A stretch of DNA of 64,000 nt from Lepidodermella squamata (Eukaryota; Animalia; Gastrotricha), in contig JBLDXI010000023.1 of NCBI GenBank assembly GCA_047495785.1, forward strand, positions 186,001 through 250,000, given 5' to 3'. Positions 33,701 to 48,700 of the stretch are shown piece by piece (positions within the stretch are counted from its first letter, which is position 1; each line of letters starts with the position of its first letter). The position numbers and the translations under genes were made by a program. The notes beneath the pieces are model-generated. The model made no database searches. It saw only the letters and a list, made by a program, of their open reading frames with translations, and had not been told where the DNA came from.

Positions 33701-36700
33701 ATGACGTCGAGTGAAAATAAGTCGGCAAAGGAGAGTATTGGCGTTGAGAAGCGCCTATTTCAAGACTTCTCGAGGTTCTGCAAACGCTCTCAATCGTTGA
33801 CCGAACATGAGCGACGACATCATGAACGTCCGACCGAAAGAAAGTTTCGTTCAGTGTCGTGTGATCCATCACATTGTCAGTGCCCTTCTGAGAAGAAGGA
33901 GGTCGAGAAACGGCGGAGTCGAACCTCCTTTATGGTGCTACAAGGGGATGAGACAACGTTGATTGGTGCAACCGAGCAAGATCGCGTCGAGGAGGACGAT
34001 GATGAAGGCGATAAGCCAGTTGCAACATCGCCGCAGGGTCGTTTCCTCAAATTTTCCACAGAAATCGGACGAGGTGCTTTTAAAACCGTATTCAAAGGCC
34101 TTGATACGGAAACCGGTGTGGCCGTTGCGTGGTGCGAGATTCAGGAGAAGAAATGGCGAAAATCCGAGACTCAGCGGTTTCATGAAGAAGCGGAGATTCT
34201 GAAAAGCCTTCATCACAACAACATCGTGAGATTTTACGATTACTTTATCGATCAAAAGAACAAGCTGATTGTTCTGGTCACTGAACTCATGACTTCGGGA
34301 ACTCTTCGAACATACATCAAGCGATTTAAGAAAATCAATCTCAAACTGATGAAGAACTGGTCGAGGCAGATTTTGAAGGGCTTGAATTACCTTCACAGCC
34401 AAACTCCGTCCGTAATTCATCGAGATTTGAAGTGTGATAACATTTTCATCACCGGGGCGAGTGGCCTTGTGAAAATCGGCGATTTAGGCCTGGCGACGTT
34501 GAAAAAGCGGTCTTTCGCGAAGTCTGTCATAGGAACTCCTGAATTCATGGCGCCTGAGATGTACGAAGAGAAGTACGATGAATCTGTCGATGTCTACGCG
34601 TTCGGAATGTGTCTACTCGAGATGGCGACGTCGGAATACCCGTACAAAGAATGCGCATCAGCCGCTGCAATCTACCGAAAAGTCATAAACGGCATAAAAC
34701 CAGAATCTTTCAAGCTCATTGAGCACCAAGAGTTACGAAACATCATCTCAGGCTGCATTCGGCCTGACACCACCGAAAGGTACACTGTGCAGCAGTTGTT
34801 GCGGCTCGACTTTTTCTCGGATGAAGTCGCCGTCAAGGTGGAGTTGGTTTCGAGTGACCAACAACCGGCGGACATGTCGGTTATCAAATTTCAACTGCGA
34901 GTCGTCGACGCGAAGAAACGGCGCACAAAATTGGGCGAAAACGAGGCGATTCAATTTGCCTTCCACTCGAAAACAGACAAACCCGAAGCGATAGTCAGTG
35001 AATTGGTAAGTTGGAATTTCTGGTCGATTTTTTTGCTAAAAATTGAAGAAAAAAATAATTTTTGTTTTAATTCAAAATAATTCATAAATTAAAAATTGAA
35101 TATCGATTTTTTGAATTTTCATTGAATTTCGTGAATAGAAAATTAAGTTTTCAAATTTATCGAGAAAGAAATTCCCCGTTAATTTATAATTTCAATTCTA
35201 AATTAAATTCATAAATTAAAAAATGAATAATATCGAATTTGTTTGAAATTTTTCAAAATTACGTGAATTACTTAAATTAGCAAATTTATTTTTGTCTTCT
35301 CGATGCTTTTCAATTTTTTTTTGAGAATTGCCTGCTGTTTATACTGGCATGCGTTACAATTTTTTCCAGATAGTAATTAACGCCTCTCTGGTTTTTTATA
35401 ACCTCCACGCTGTGTTTGTTTAAGATAAGAGTGTTAAAAATACACCAAATTTGTGTAGTTTTCTTTTCGGCCATTTTCACGCCTACCGTGACATGTTTTT
35501 TTTATCACGTGAAAATTTGGCTGCCGTTCTTGATTCGCAACAGGATTTTCGTAGAGTACAAACAATAGCCGTGATTGGCGAGTTCAACATCAGCGGGGTC
35601 AGACAGTGTTTTATTGCCTGCAGCATGGCCAATTTACGAATTGAATAGGCTGGGGATGAAAAAAATGAATGGAACCTGATATTATACAAGAAAAAATACT
35701 AGCCTGTTTTTATTATTATTATTGCGGTTATATTATAAAATTGCGTTCATCTATTGACATGAGTAATTGCGCGCATAATAATTTTTTCTAGGCACCAACC
35801 ATCGCTACATATATTTGCTCTGTGTTTTTTTGCTCGCTTGCCTGATGGCAGTTACACTCGTCGATGAAAGTTCGGAAGTGGATGCACCCGGTGTGTCTGT
35901 CTATATACACGTGTGTGCTTTGCCTTGCTGGAAACACGCCAGCTGCTTTTCTGGCAGTCGAAGAAGAAAACGGCATAGAGGCACCCCGCTAGGAATGGCA
36001 AAAATTGGGTCGTGTTGTTATAATTTTTAAATATTTTTGATATAAATTGCTTAGACCTCGAAACAATGATTTGACGAGTGGTTATTTTTAGAACGAGCCG
36101 AGGCTCGGTTTCATGTTGCATGTACATGGTGCATACGTAGTATGTGCGTGGCTACCGATGGGCAGGTAAACACTCGGCTGTATTATACTAGGCAGTCGCC
36201 ACGGTTACACGAGTTGGCTGACGCAAGTAACGCCGTCACGGCCCAGCAGTGACGCACCAACCAAGTAATGAGGACGAAAAAAACGCATGAATGGATGATG
36301 GATTGATGGATGGGTCAAGAATACAATGAAGGACGGAAATATTATAAGACACATTTTTCAATAAGTAAAGGGCCAATTAACAAAAATAACTGGGTCATTT
36401 TTTGGAAAAAAAAAATTAAAATAGCTTTTTTGCCAATTTCCGGGCTCTAGATCGCTTATAGTCAATATGAAATTATTTTTGTTTTGAGGTTAAAATGAGT
36501 AGTCGTACAATTTAGAGAATTTATTTTTCCATAATTCGAGCAATGACATTCGCATATTTTACGGCGGGCATAGCAGCCATGTGCTACTCAGAAATGGGCT
36601 AATTTATGATATCGTGTCCATAGCGATAAAGCATAATAACCTGAAAAATTGGCAACTGATAACCTGCGTGAACCAATTTTTTGCTCACATTTTTTTGCGC

Positions 36701-39700
36701 TATCAAAATATAAAAAGGACATCGTTTTGCAGCTGTTCAGGAATATTTTTTTTGGATGTCCACCTGGCTGAAAAACTCGTCTGTCTGTGCGAGTACACGT
36801 GTAGAATCGCAGATGATGTAGCGCCGAGGATTATCGCCACTGTGAATGGCGCGAAAAGAGTATTCAAGAACGCCAAAAACATGAATGAAAGCAACAGATT
36901 GGCTGAAATGAGGATGAAAGACAAAGTCTGTAAAAAAATCCGAAATCTGCGTTACGTGAAAAATATTTCCAACTCTATCCAATAATATCGGAAATTGACG
37001 TCAAATATTTGTCGAAAAAATTCGATAATGCGTTTTATATCAAGACTATCCTTTTTACTATAAAAATTGGGTCTTACTTTTAGCTGAGCCAAATTTACAA
37101 TTTTCAATGGGCCTAAACCCACTTTTCGAAACTGTCAAGAATTTCGCGATTGACTAGCGTAATTCAAAACGACAGCGTAAAATTCTGTTTCAGACTCATT
37201 CTTCATTGTATAATTCGTAGTAATATTCGAAAAGCGACATTTTGCTTATCTAGGTTCCGCAAGAAATAAATTTGGCTCCGATAATAGATGTTCTGAAAAA
37301 AATATTTGAGAATTTATTTTCTAAATATTTGTCATTGCCATTTAGGTGAGTTCGAAGCTGATCGATGAAGAGGATAAATTGTTGGTGACGAAGCGGATAG
37401 CGGACCTCGCGAAGAAGGAACTCATCCGGCGTGAAGAGGAGCGCAAAAAGAGCGAAGAGCAGGCGGCGAAACACGCCATCGAGCAGCAGCAGCAACAGGC
37501 GGCGGCTCTCGTGGCGCAACAGGCGCAGATTCACCAGCAACAGCAGGCGCAGGCGCAGCAACAAGCGGCGATGCAGCAGCAACAGGCGCAAATGCAGCAG
37601 CAGCAACAACAACAACAGTTGGCGATGCAGCAGCAGCAGAGCCAGCAAATTGCGCTACAGCACCAAATGTCGTACCAGCCGCAGCAGGGCCAGTTTCAGG
37701 ATGGCGATTCGATGATGGCGATGGGCGCCGAGGCGGCGAATCGCTCGCTCATGTACGCGCACGGCACGAGCCTCGTCGACCTGCCGTCGCAGCACCACGT
37801 GCCCTACTGGGCGCAACCCCAGCCCCAGCCCACCGCCGGCCACCCCCAGCTGCAGCAGCACCACACCCACCCGGACATGTCCACTCCCGCCTACCTGCCT
37901 CCGCCACCTCAGGTACAACTTTCATTTAACAAAAAAATCAGAGAATCTGAATCATCGAAAGTTATCAATTTCATCGGAAAATGAGTAGTTCTAGCGAATG
38001 AAAATCATATTGCATAGTATTAGCAGTGTTTTTTTAAGCAGTTTAACAGTTTAAATTTTAAACACCAAACGAGAAATTTTTAAACACCAAAATAAGCAAA
38101 ATTTGGCCGAAATCGCCAGAAAAACGGTCTTCACCCCCAAAATTACACTCCAAAACCTCAATTTTATACATCGAATCGATCCTTAAAAAACACGCTGGTA
38201 TTAAGTACTGTTTTAGAGTTTACAAAGTGGAATATTTTTCAAAATTTTCGAATTGAACGATTGGTTTTTTGAAAGATTTCATGGTTATGAGAACAATTTC
38301 GGAATTCTGACTTGGCAATTTCACAGTTCCGTCAATATGACAAATTTATCTGTCCCTGTTCCAGGAACTTTTGAAGCTTCTTCAATCCTAATTCTAAATT
38401 ATCGGATTACAATAAATTTCGAAATTTCTAACCGGTAGATATTCATATTTTGCAATCGAAAAATATCCGACTAGTTCCATCATTTGCTGAAATTCAAACA
38501 ACATTTTGGGTAACAATTCGATTTTTCAGAAAGGTTAATGAAAAGTTGGCCGTGTAATGGTTCAAATTGAAAATAAACCTCAAATGATACCCGGCTATCC
38601 CCGGCTAGTTTGTGTCAGATTCAAGTATTTCTGATAAATAATTGAATAAAATGAAAATATTTTTCTGGTAAACCCGACCGACAAAATGTATGAAGCGGTT
38701 TCGGTTGACTTTTTAATTTTTTTCGCTGACCACATTGTTTCAATTGGTCCGCATTCGCTCTAAATTAGCTGCGATTAAAGTTAATTTTGGGGTTTACTAT
38801 TCGAATATTCGAATGGATTGCAAGCGTTTGCTACATTAATAGTTTAACGTGTTACAATAGTTTAATGTTCATTTGAATTGTATTTTGTTTGCATGGCTCA
38901 GGTGGTATTTTTGCCATCGCCGTACTACCCGGCGCCGTCTTTCTACCCGTCGTTCTACCCAGCCCCAGCCATCTTCCACCACCCGATGTCGACGGCTTCT
39001 ACCCCCGCCGGCTCGCTGCTGAACCTGCACGCGGCGTCCGCGTACCCGGAGGACCGCCGGCTCAGCGCCCAGCCCATCGTGCACCTGCCGCCGCCCGGCC
39101 ACGAACTGCTCGCCGAGTCGTCGTCGTCGCACCATCACCACCACGAGGCGAAACCTGGCCTCACGCAGTCGGCGTCGAGCGCGTCGATCGCAACGGCCAG
39201 CCACCGCGTGTCTGGTCTGCCGCCGCGGCCCAGTCGCCGCATGTCCTCGCAGGCCGGTCTGTTGCCCACTCAACACCACCCGCCTGTTGGCTCTTCCGTA
39301 AGTCGTCTATTTTTCAATCATTTTTTAGGAAAATGTTCATCAAGTTGTTGATTTTTAATCAGCGATCGAATTCAGAATATCAGGCCTCAAGATTTTCAGC
39401 ATTATTTTAGGTCGATCGAATTAAAGAAAAAAGCGGGTCTTCTGTTCAAGATTGGAATCATGAGAAAAAATGTTGTTGAAACTTTATTTGGGGCATTTTT
39501 TGGGGAGTGAAAGTTTTTGATGTGAACTAATATTTTTGATTTATCTTCGTTCGCTGTACCTATATGCCAAATTTTTCTAAATCATTGTTGTTCGAGTATG
39601 ATAGCAAACATCGAATCCGGATATCAATTTTACAAATCAGTGATTTCTTAGATATCAGGATTCAGGGACGCCTAACCCTTACGAAATGCCTAGTCGACTG

Positions 39701-42700
39701 ATTTCCTATGAATAAATTGATCCTTTGGAAATCACAATGAATAGATAAAGATACTAGAAATTTCCAAATGATCTATCGGGATGTTTGGGCGAATTTTGTT
39801 TTTTTTTGAAAAAAGCTAAGAAAAATATTTAAATCATTGAAATTATTTTAGCGGCTATAATTGAGTAAAAACATCAAATTTCCATGTAAAATCGACTTTT
39901 TATATAAATTATTGTCAATTTCTCTATTGTGTTTGTGTTTTTAGGTGAGTTCGAAACTGCCGCAGCGGACGCCGTCGAGTTGTTCGATGCGGCCGGCCGG
40001 GTCGACGATGCCGACGTGCCCGGAGCGGTCGAATTCGTACGAAACATCGGTGAATGGCGGCGGCGGCGAGCAGCTGCATGAGTTGCTGCTGCAGCACCAA
40101 CACGTGGACGCGTACGAGGCGGACTCGGACTCGGAGTCCATGTCCGAGTACACGATGACCGAGCAGGAGATGGACGCGTTCAAGGCGCGCAGTAAGCTAC
40201 AACAGGCGAAGAACAACAACTCGTCGTCGTCGCTGCTATCGTCGGCGGCTAAAAACGGTGCGAATGGCCACCAATCTTCGTCGAACGGCCAATCGCTGAT
40301 GAACCAGTCCGGCAGCAGTAGTAGTGGCAGTGGGTTGCACCACCGGTCGAAGCGGCAAATGACGTCAGCTGCGGCTGCGGCGGTGGCGGCGGCTCAGCAA
40401 CTGCCGCTCGAGCTCGAGGTCGTGGAGACGGGCGACGAGTTCGTGACGTGCAAGCTCGTGCAGGAGGTGGACGCGTCGTCGGTGCGCAGCGTCACGCTCA
40501 AGGTGTACCCGGTGTCGGCGAACGCCGAGGAGATCGCCCGCGAGCTCATCAAGATGCGCTACCTGTCCAAAAACAGCCGCTTTCTCTTCTTGCAGAAGCT
40601 GACAGGCATCATCGAAAAGTAAGACACGACTCCTTTTTTATTAGATTTCAAAATCGCATTAATTCCTATCCTAAAACTAACTTGGCTGATTATCGAAAAT
40701 AGTGTGCATTTTTGTCATTTTACAGTTATTGAAATGAATTTTTAGTTTTAAAATGATAAGAAACCTGTTATCAAAGGTTTCAAAATCAGTTTTTGCCTGA
40801 AAAATTCGAAAATTCAAAAAAAATTGACATTCGTAATTTTCCTGTAACCCTTTTAAAATTTTCTCTTTCGAACCTGATTTTTATTAATATTTATTTTCAA
40901 TATTTTGAGTAAAATTAATGGGAATAAACATTGGTTTTTCAAATTCAAGAAAACAAAATAGACTTTATAACAAACCAACTTTCAACAATATTTGATTATG
41001 AGAATTGAGAATATAGTCCCAAATTGATTTCGGAAGTCCTTATCAGTTTTCAAAAATCCATCACCATGTTGATTTTCTTGTAAAACGCAGTATACATTTT
41101 TTGAATGTAAATTTTCGAGAATTGCGTTATTTTCCGCGTAAGGCCTCGTCGTAACTGCATAACCGTGACTCATCAATATTTTTCCAAAAAAGAATGTTGT
41201 TAAATTACGGATAGTTGAAACCTGAAAACATGGCGTCATATTGCATCGTAAAAGTTGACGAATTTCAAACTTGTTCTGTTTGTTCAGCGTCGAAACCAGG
41301 TAAAGAAAGACGAGACTCATTTCGACCGCATCACTCGTGCTTAGTTTTTACTCTAATAATATAGTAATATATCGATGTTTTGTTCTCCGGTCAATTTGTT
41401 ACTTTGAGTGACTGGCTTCTTGATCTCAGGAATTTACCCGTTTCATTCTGCAATGTTCATCTAACCTCCTACATACGTACATACTAGCTTCACCTGTCGT
41501 CATCATCATCATATTTCTGCGTCGATTTTATCTGCAAAATTCAACTGTTACCTAAACGAGATATCTAAAAAATGCCAGCTAACGCGACAGATTTTAATTT
41601 AAAAAATAGTATAGACTAAGAAGATTCTTATTTAAGCATGAAATTGCTAATTTTGAAAATTGAATTATTTTTAGTTGCCGATCCACAACTTGAGAAATTG
41701 TTTTTTAAATAGATGCAGGCGATTGACAGTTTAACCCCGTTTTAGAGATCGTTGCTAGATTTTTTTCAAATCAATTCGTGATTTTAATGCATTTTTCTGC
41801 AATTAGATTCCGTGCGTGCGACGTGTTGGCGGAACAGGACGACGACAGCGGGCAGAACGAGGACGGGTTCGCGACCGAGACCGCCTCCACCAACTCGACG
41901 ACGACCACGGTCGCCTCGCTGCCGCCCCCGCCCACCGACGCCCTAGCAACCACCACAGCGTCTGTGTCCTTCACAACCGGCGCCGACGCATCCGCCGATT
42001 CGGCGCAGACGGGCGGCGATGGGGGCGTGGACGCGGGCGGGGTGTCCGACTCGGGCTCGAGCACCTCCGCGCCCTCGATAACCATCCAGCCGACAGCGAC
42101 GACGACTGCGACATCGACGAGTCCGTTGTCAATCGCCACTTCGACTTCGACTTCGGCGGCGGGTAACAACAACTCGAACCAGCTGAGCAGCAGCTACCAC
42201 GGTGGCTACCACCAGTCGGCGTCCGAGTCGTCGCTGGTGCGCGCGACGCCGATGTCGCCGGGCGCGTCGTCGACGGGCTCGGGCTCGCGCGCCTCCATGT
42301 CGCGGCCGTCTTTCGAGCTGCTCGACATCGAGCAGCACCGCGCCAGCTCGGTCACGCGCGCCCATCACCAGATTCTCGCTGCTTCGAAATCGTCCCAATC
42401 TCAGGTTGGCACATTCACACGAATTACGAATACGAATTTTCATTTGAAAAATCGGGGAAATTCATAATCGGCAGCGGAAAATTTGAAATAAATCTGATTG
42501 AATACATGTTCGCGAAAATTGAAGAAAATCTTACAAAAAATGGTTACTGAAATTGCTAAAAAACAGAATTGCCATTTTCGAGTATATTTTTTTGAATTTT
42601 CCGAATTTAAAAAGACGCCTTGAACAGCGGGCGATTTTAAAATTATGTATTTTTATTTATTTCTGATTGCTGGTCAGAAACGGGTGGGAGCTCAAGCTGA

Positions 42701-45700
42701 TATTCGAAATTTGGTTCCGCCAAGAATGAGACTTAAAATTGATATTAAAATGTGAATAACCGCTTCGCAACCACATTCTTTCGGTCATGTTATTTTTCCA
42801 AATTTTTCATCGAAATCCTATAATTTATCCTGTCATCAGTCGGTGTCAAAGGTGTTCGCTGTAACAATGAATTGTCGTGTTAATCTGTAATTGATCGGGC
42901 TTTTGAATGTAGAGCCTGGGATTAAATCCCCTAAAACAAACTGGAAAGGACGAATATTCACAAAGAATTACTCACAGCCTGCGAAAATTAGCCGTAATTC
43001 TGAATCATAAGACTGACAATTTGAGCTGAAATTGAACAATTCTATCGATTTTATTTCAGACGTCGAGTTCGAGGCACACGCGGCCAGCGCCGGGCCCGAT
43101 AACCGCCATCCTGGAGAATGCGAAGAACTCGGAGAAGGCGCAGGCGAACACGGACTCGGGCTCGGACTCGGTGGACGCGGCGACGCAGACGCAGCCGTCG
43201 AACGGCCAGCTGCAGCAGCAGCAAGCCGCCGACGACCAGCCGCAATCGCAATCGCAACAGCAGGCCGAGGCGAAGAAGCAGCGGGCTCGCAGTCTAGTCG
43301 TTGAAGAAGCGCCGGTGATCGAACCAACAGCTCAGTCGCAGTCGCAGCATCAAAATCAACAGCAGCACGCTCAGTCGCAGCCGGCCTCGGTGAGCAACAC
43401 GCCGCACTCGTCGCAGCCGATGCCCATTTCAGGCAGCCAGCAGCAGCAGTACTCGACGTCATCGAGCCTAGCCGGCACGCCTGTGTCGAGTACGAGCCTG
43501 CTGCACGGCATGGCCGGCTACCCAACAGCGCCGGGTGTCTACCCTGGGTACCCGCCGCCGCAATTCGCCGCCCAGCCGTTCGCCCAGCCGCCCACCATCA
43601 TGAATCTCTACGGCCAGTGGTGCATGGTGTACCCGCTGCCGCAAATGCCGGCCGCGGCCTACGTCGGGCCGGACGGCAACCCGGTGATGCCAGGCTATGG
43701 CATGATGCAGCCGCAAATGATGGCTCAAATGCCGATGATGATTGGCAACGGCAACGGCAACATCAACGGCATGAACGGCTCAACTAATCAGGTTCGTTGT
43801 TAACTCGAAATAGTTTAACACAGTCAGTCAGGTGACGGTTATTAACAGAATTATTAAAACATTTTTACGTATTGATTCCCGCTTTTTATTTTATTTTTAA
43901 TAAACCCGCAATTTTAGTTGATTTAGCTCGAAATTTTCAATTTCGCTTAGTTTTCTTTCATTTTCATTTTCTTGAAAATTATTCCGAAAATATTTTCAAT
44001 TTTAGCCATAATTTTAAAATCTCTAGTTTTTTCGATCATAAATCAATGTAAATTATTTGAAAAAATATTAGGAATAAGTAAATAATAACAAGTATTATCC
44101 AGCAGGTGTTGGGTATTTATAATGAAAGAAGGTCGTACAATTTTAAATTTCCCCTGCTAATTGATTTGCTAATCGCTTCACCTTTCGGTGTATTTAATAT
44201 TATTCACTTCCCTTTTCAGTATAGCTTAACTTTGCTTAACGCTTGCTACTCTGCACGTGGCATTTTTCGATTTCTCGCAAAAAGTAGTATTAGATGTACT
44301 TATATCGAGGTGGAAACTCCGTCTTTTTTTCATATGATCATTGGGAATTTTTTCTTAAGTTTTTCGATGAATTATTCTCCTCAAAAAATGATGGGAAAAT
44401 TGGAAATTTCATCTGGATTAGATTTACATTGAAATCGTCAAGCGGAACCGATTTCTCGATTTTATACAATAGCGATACAATTTATTTCGTCCCGGTTGGG
44501 TTTTTTTTATTGGTCCGATGTCGGGGTTGTGCAAATTTAGTTGAATTTTTTGAATGGAATTGTTTTCATATTTTGGGATTTTTTGTATTCCAGTCTAGAA
44601 ATGAAATTGTAATTAAATCTAAAATTTGGCTCACTTTTTGTCACTTGTCGTCGTAATTTCACTGTGGCACAATATTTTCCCCGTAATTCACGTCGTGCAC
44701 GTTTCACTATTACCTAACGCTAATTAGTGTAAAAAATAGTATTAGTCCAATAATTAATGTTGTTTGTCGCTAATCGCACCTATTCGTGTATTTTTTCCTC
44801 CTCTCCATTGTTAAAAATGGGTAATCGAAACAGCAGCAGCAGCAGAATAGCAGCAATGGCTTCGAATCTGGCGCGTCGTCGATGGCGCCGTCGCCCGGGC
44901 TCGCGTCTCGCCAGTCGTCGCAGGAGTACCCGCCGCACACGACGTCGTCGAGCCACCACCACCACCACCGCCCGTCCCTGCCGGCGATAATCACGCTGGC
45001 GGGCGTGCAGCACAACTCGAACGCGATCGCATCGCAGTCGTCGAATGTCTCGACGTCGCAACAACTGCTGAGCGTCGCCATGCACAACAACGCGAGCCAA
45101 CAGTTGCAACAGTTGCATCAACAACAACAGCAGCAATTGCATATCCAGCAGCAACAGCATCAGAATATGCATCATTCGAGAACGGTACCTAACCTTGCTC
45201 AAATGCTTATAGCCCGGCCTCAACAGCCGTGTGTTAATAACCATAATATCCACAATCACCAACACCAACACCAACAGAATAACAACACTAGTGGTGGTGT
45301 CAGTAGTAGTAATAGGCCGCTGTACGCCGCCTACCAACACCCATCTCTAACGTACGGCCATTCGAAGAACGGCTGTTCAACAGCAGCCACGCCCGCGTCG
45401 TCGTCCAGTTCGATTAACACTTCGATTAACAACTCAACCGCAGCCGCAGCCGCTTCTTCTTCGATAAATTCGTCTTTTGTTGCGATTCCCGCTTCTTCTA
45501 ACGCTGTTTCAACAACCGCTACTACTGCTACTACCAGTACTACTACCAGTACTACTACCACGAATTCTACCTCGCAAGTGTGTGCTCGTCGCTTTTATGT
45601 TTTTTTCATTTTTTATCGATTTTTTTTGCGAAGTCAATCAGCTGATATATAGAGAATCGATAGGAAATAATCGAATTTTAACTGCACCTAGAAACAAATT

Positions 45701-48700
45701 GTTTACCCCCTCCTGCACATCAGCATATAACCACCAGTTTAATCCATATACTTAGCTTGCATGATTTTTGTTGGTTTTTCCCCTTCACCCTATTTTGTGT
45801 TTGTTGTTTTGTTGTGTTCACTCAAATTTTCTGAAAAAAAATTGGTAAAAATTCTCAAAAATTGGCAAATACAAAGAGTTGACTATAGGGTCATGGTGGT
45901 GGAAACTACACAGTCTGTGTTGCGTCTCTGAAAGTTGAAATTTACCCAGAATTTGAATTTTTGTCAAATACGGTTGGACCGAAAATCGATTCTTTTTCGA
46001 GCACCACTGAAATTGGGATTCCAGCACTGTTTGCGATTTCGGCTTTTCCATTTGTTTATCGATACTGATACTCTCCTGAAATGTAATATTTAGCTACATA
46101 GATTGTGTAGATTGATGATGGGTTCCGCATACGGTTGATATTGGAAAAATTACTGATTTGTAAAACCGATATCGGCTCTGACGGGTGATGAGGCATGATA
46201 AGAAACAATTGTACCAGTATCGATGAGGAGACGAAAAAGCCGATATCAATGATAATCGGAAAAATTAGTGCCCGGACGCTTCACTTCAGTGCTGGAATTT
46301 CATGTGAGAATTTTCTCAGGTCTGGAAATCTGGAAAATATTCACTTTTGAGACGAGCTAACATTTATTTGAATGAATTTTGGGAAGAAAATTGACTTGCT
46401 ACGAATTGCCGTGTAAAGCCGGGAAATAATTCGGGTTTTCAATAATTTTCAAAATTTCCGACTAAAACGCTGTTTAACGTTGATTTGAACGCAGTGTTGA
46501 GTGAAATAATTTGCTAGCCTTTCTATTATGAGTTGCTTAGCGCTTTTGAAGTGAACTACTCAGCTACTGATGTAACCTATCTAAGTGTGTCTATGACTTG
46601 CGCGGCCGGCTGTTCGCTACTGCTGTGGTTGGTTGGTTGGGTCCCAAATATACGAGAAAAAATGAGAAAAATTAGGGCCATTTTTTTGCGAACCATTGAT
46701 GAAATGATGTTTAATGTTGTTGTTGTTTGCGGGGCGTGTCTTGCAGAACTTGCCGCCGCAGACTCAGGTGTATAGCAGTGGCCAGCAGGCGCCAGTGACG
46801 GCCGCCCCAGCTCAACAATCGCAGCAGCCGGTCGTAATACCATCGTCCCAGCCGTCCTCCTCTTCCTCAACCGTTGTCAGCGTTGCGCCGGCGACTTCGA
46901 CTTCGATGGCCGCCCCACCCGTGGTTGTTGCTACAACCAGTGCAGCAGGCCCACCACTACCTGCAACATCGTCATCGGCAACGGCGGCGGCGGCGGCGGC
47001 TGTGGCACCGGCAGTTGTGGCGAGTGGCACTGCTGCCGCTTTGCACACTACGCCTGTGCAGCTCGTGAACACGCCGCCGACTGTCACCAGCACGCCACTT
47101 CAGCAGCAACAACAACAGGTCAGTTTTTTTTTGCTATATTCAGCCCTGTAAGAATGCTAAATAATATTTGGAAATTCTCAATTTTGATTGGACATGAAAT
47201 TTTGTAGCGGGCAAAGTCGTTGGAGTAAAGTAAAATTATATGGCAATTTTTGTAATTGTGCGTTTGGTCAGCAAATTAATAAAAATTTATATCGATTTGC
47301 ATGGTGTTCAAGAATTGAGAATTATTTCGAATTAATCGGGCATTGTAAATATGGCCGTGTTTTGTTTCGTTCAGCAGCAGCAGCAGCAACAGCACATGGT
47401 TACGGTGGCGAGCAGCAGCTCGATAGCGTCGAACAGCAGCAACACGAGCAGCACCACCGCGCCTGCGCCTGCGCCAACATCAGCCGCTGCCGTAGCAGTG
47501 CCTGTGCCGGTGCCTTCGACAGTCACCGCCGCAGTTGTTGCCCCGGCGCAGCCCATCAGTAGTAGCAGTAGTACGGGCACCACCACTGCTGTGAGTACCA
47601 CACCGGCACCGGTACCAGTAGCGGGCGCTGCACCGGTCGCACCTGTGCTGAAACAACCGAGTCAGACGCAGCTAGTCGCACCCCCTGCCCCTGTCCCTGC
47701 TGCTGGTGCTGTGGCTCAACAACAGCCAGTGGCGGCGGCGGCTTCGACACCGGCATCTCGCCAGGTGTCTAGTGCCGCCGCTGCGCCAGTCCCTCAACAG
47801 CCGCAGCAGCAGCCGTTGGCGGGCATGTCGAGCCAGCCGATTCAACCGGTTGTTGCTTCTTCTTCTGCTTCTGCGTCTACGGTACCGGTAGTATCCACTG
47901 CTACTTCTTCGTCTTCTCATCAGCCGCCAGCCTCTGCTGCACCTGCTCCTGCTTCTGCAGCCATCAATCGAACAGGTCAGTTTTTGCTATAAATACGTTG
48001 TAGAAATGTGGCACCGCATTTCGAATCACTTTGCGAGTTTACGAGAAGCTAATTTGTCACTCTTTTCAAAAAAGTTATTTGCCAACGACGAGATTCCAAT
48101 TATACAATTATAAACAACAAATTATAAACACAATGTTGTCTTTTTCGAAAATTAAAAAAAAATCGTCGAATTCGCCCCTTCAAAGTGATCTTTTGTAAAG
48201 GAGGTCCTGAATCCAAGTCCCAAATTACACTGTTAGCAATGCCTAATGTTATTTGTTCTGAAAATCTGCAAATAGTTGCAAAGCTACTCGTCTGCCAATT
48301 GTCTAAAAATGACCCTATAAATGTGATTGTGCTTTTCGCAGACGTGGCAACGGCGGTTGCACCCGGTGCGCACCAACCGACGTCGGCTCAGTCGTCGGCG
48401 CCCATCCTAGTCGCAACAACAGCAACCAACAACAACAACAGCAACAGCCACGAACCACAGCCGCAACCGAGTTCGAAAGTGTCCCGCGAGTCGAGTCCGA
48501 AAATGGCGCAGCAACTCGTCGTTGTTCAGCAGGCCCAACAAGAGCCATCGCAAGAGCCACAGCAACAGCTGCAGCCGAGTCACGGATCGCTCACCGACGA
48601 CATTGACAGTCTGGATAGGTTGGACCAGGCCTTGAAAGAGAAGCTGTTCCCAGGCGAGCCACGTGCGCCATCGCCGCCCCAGCAGCAGCAACAGCAGTTG

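Noticed and set aside
46017-46300. Imperfect inverted repeats in a WNK intron (TCCAGCACTG/CAGTGCTGGA, ATCGATACTG/CAGTATCGAT)
   Set aside because: Probably a decayed MITE, but the boundaries and TSD could not be fixed.
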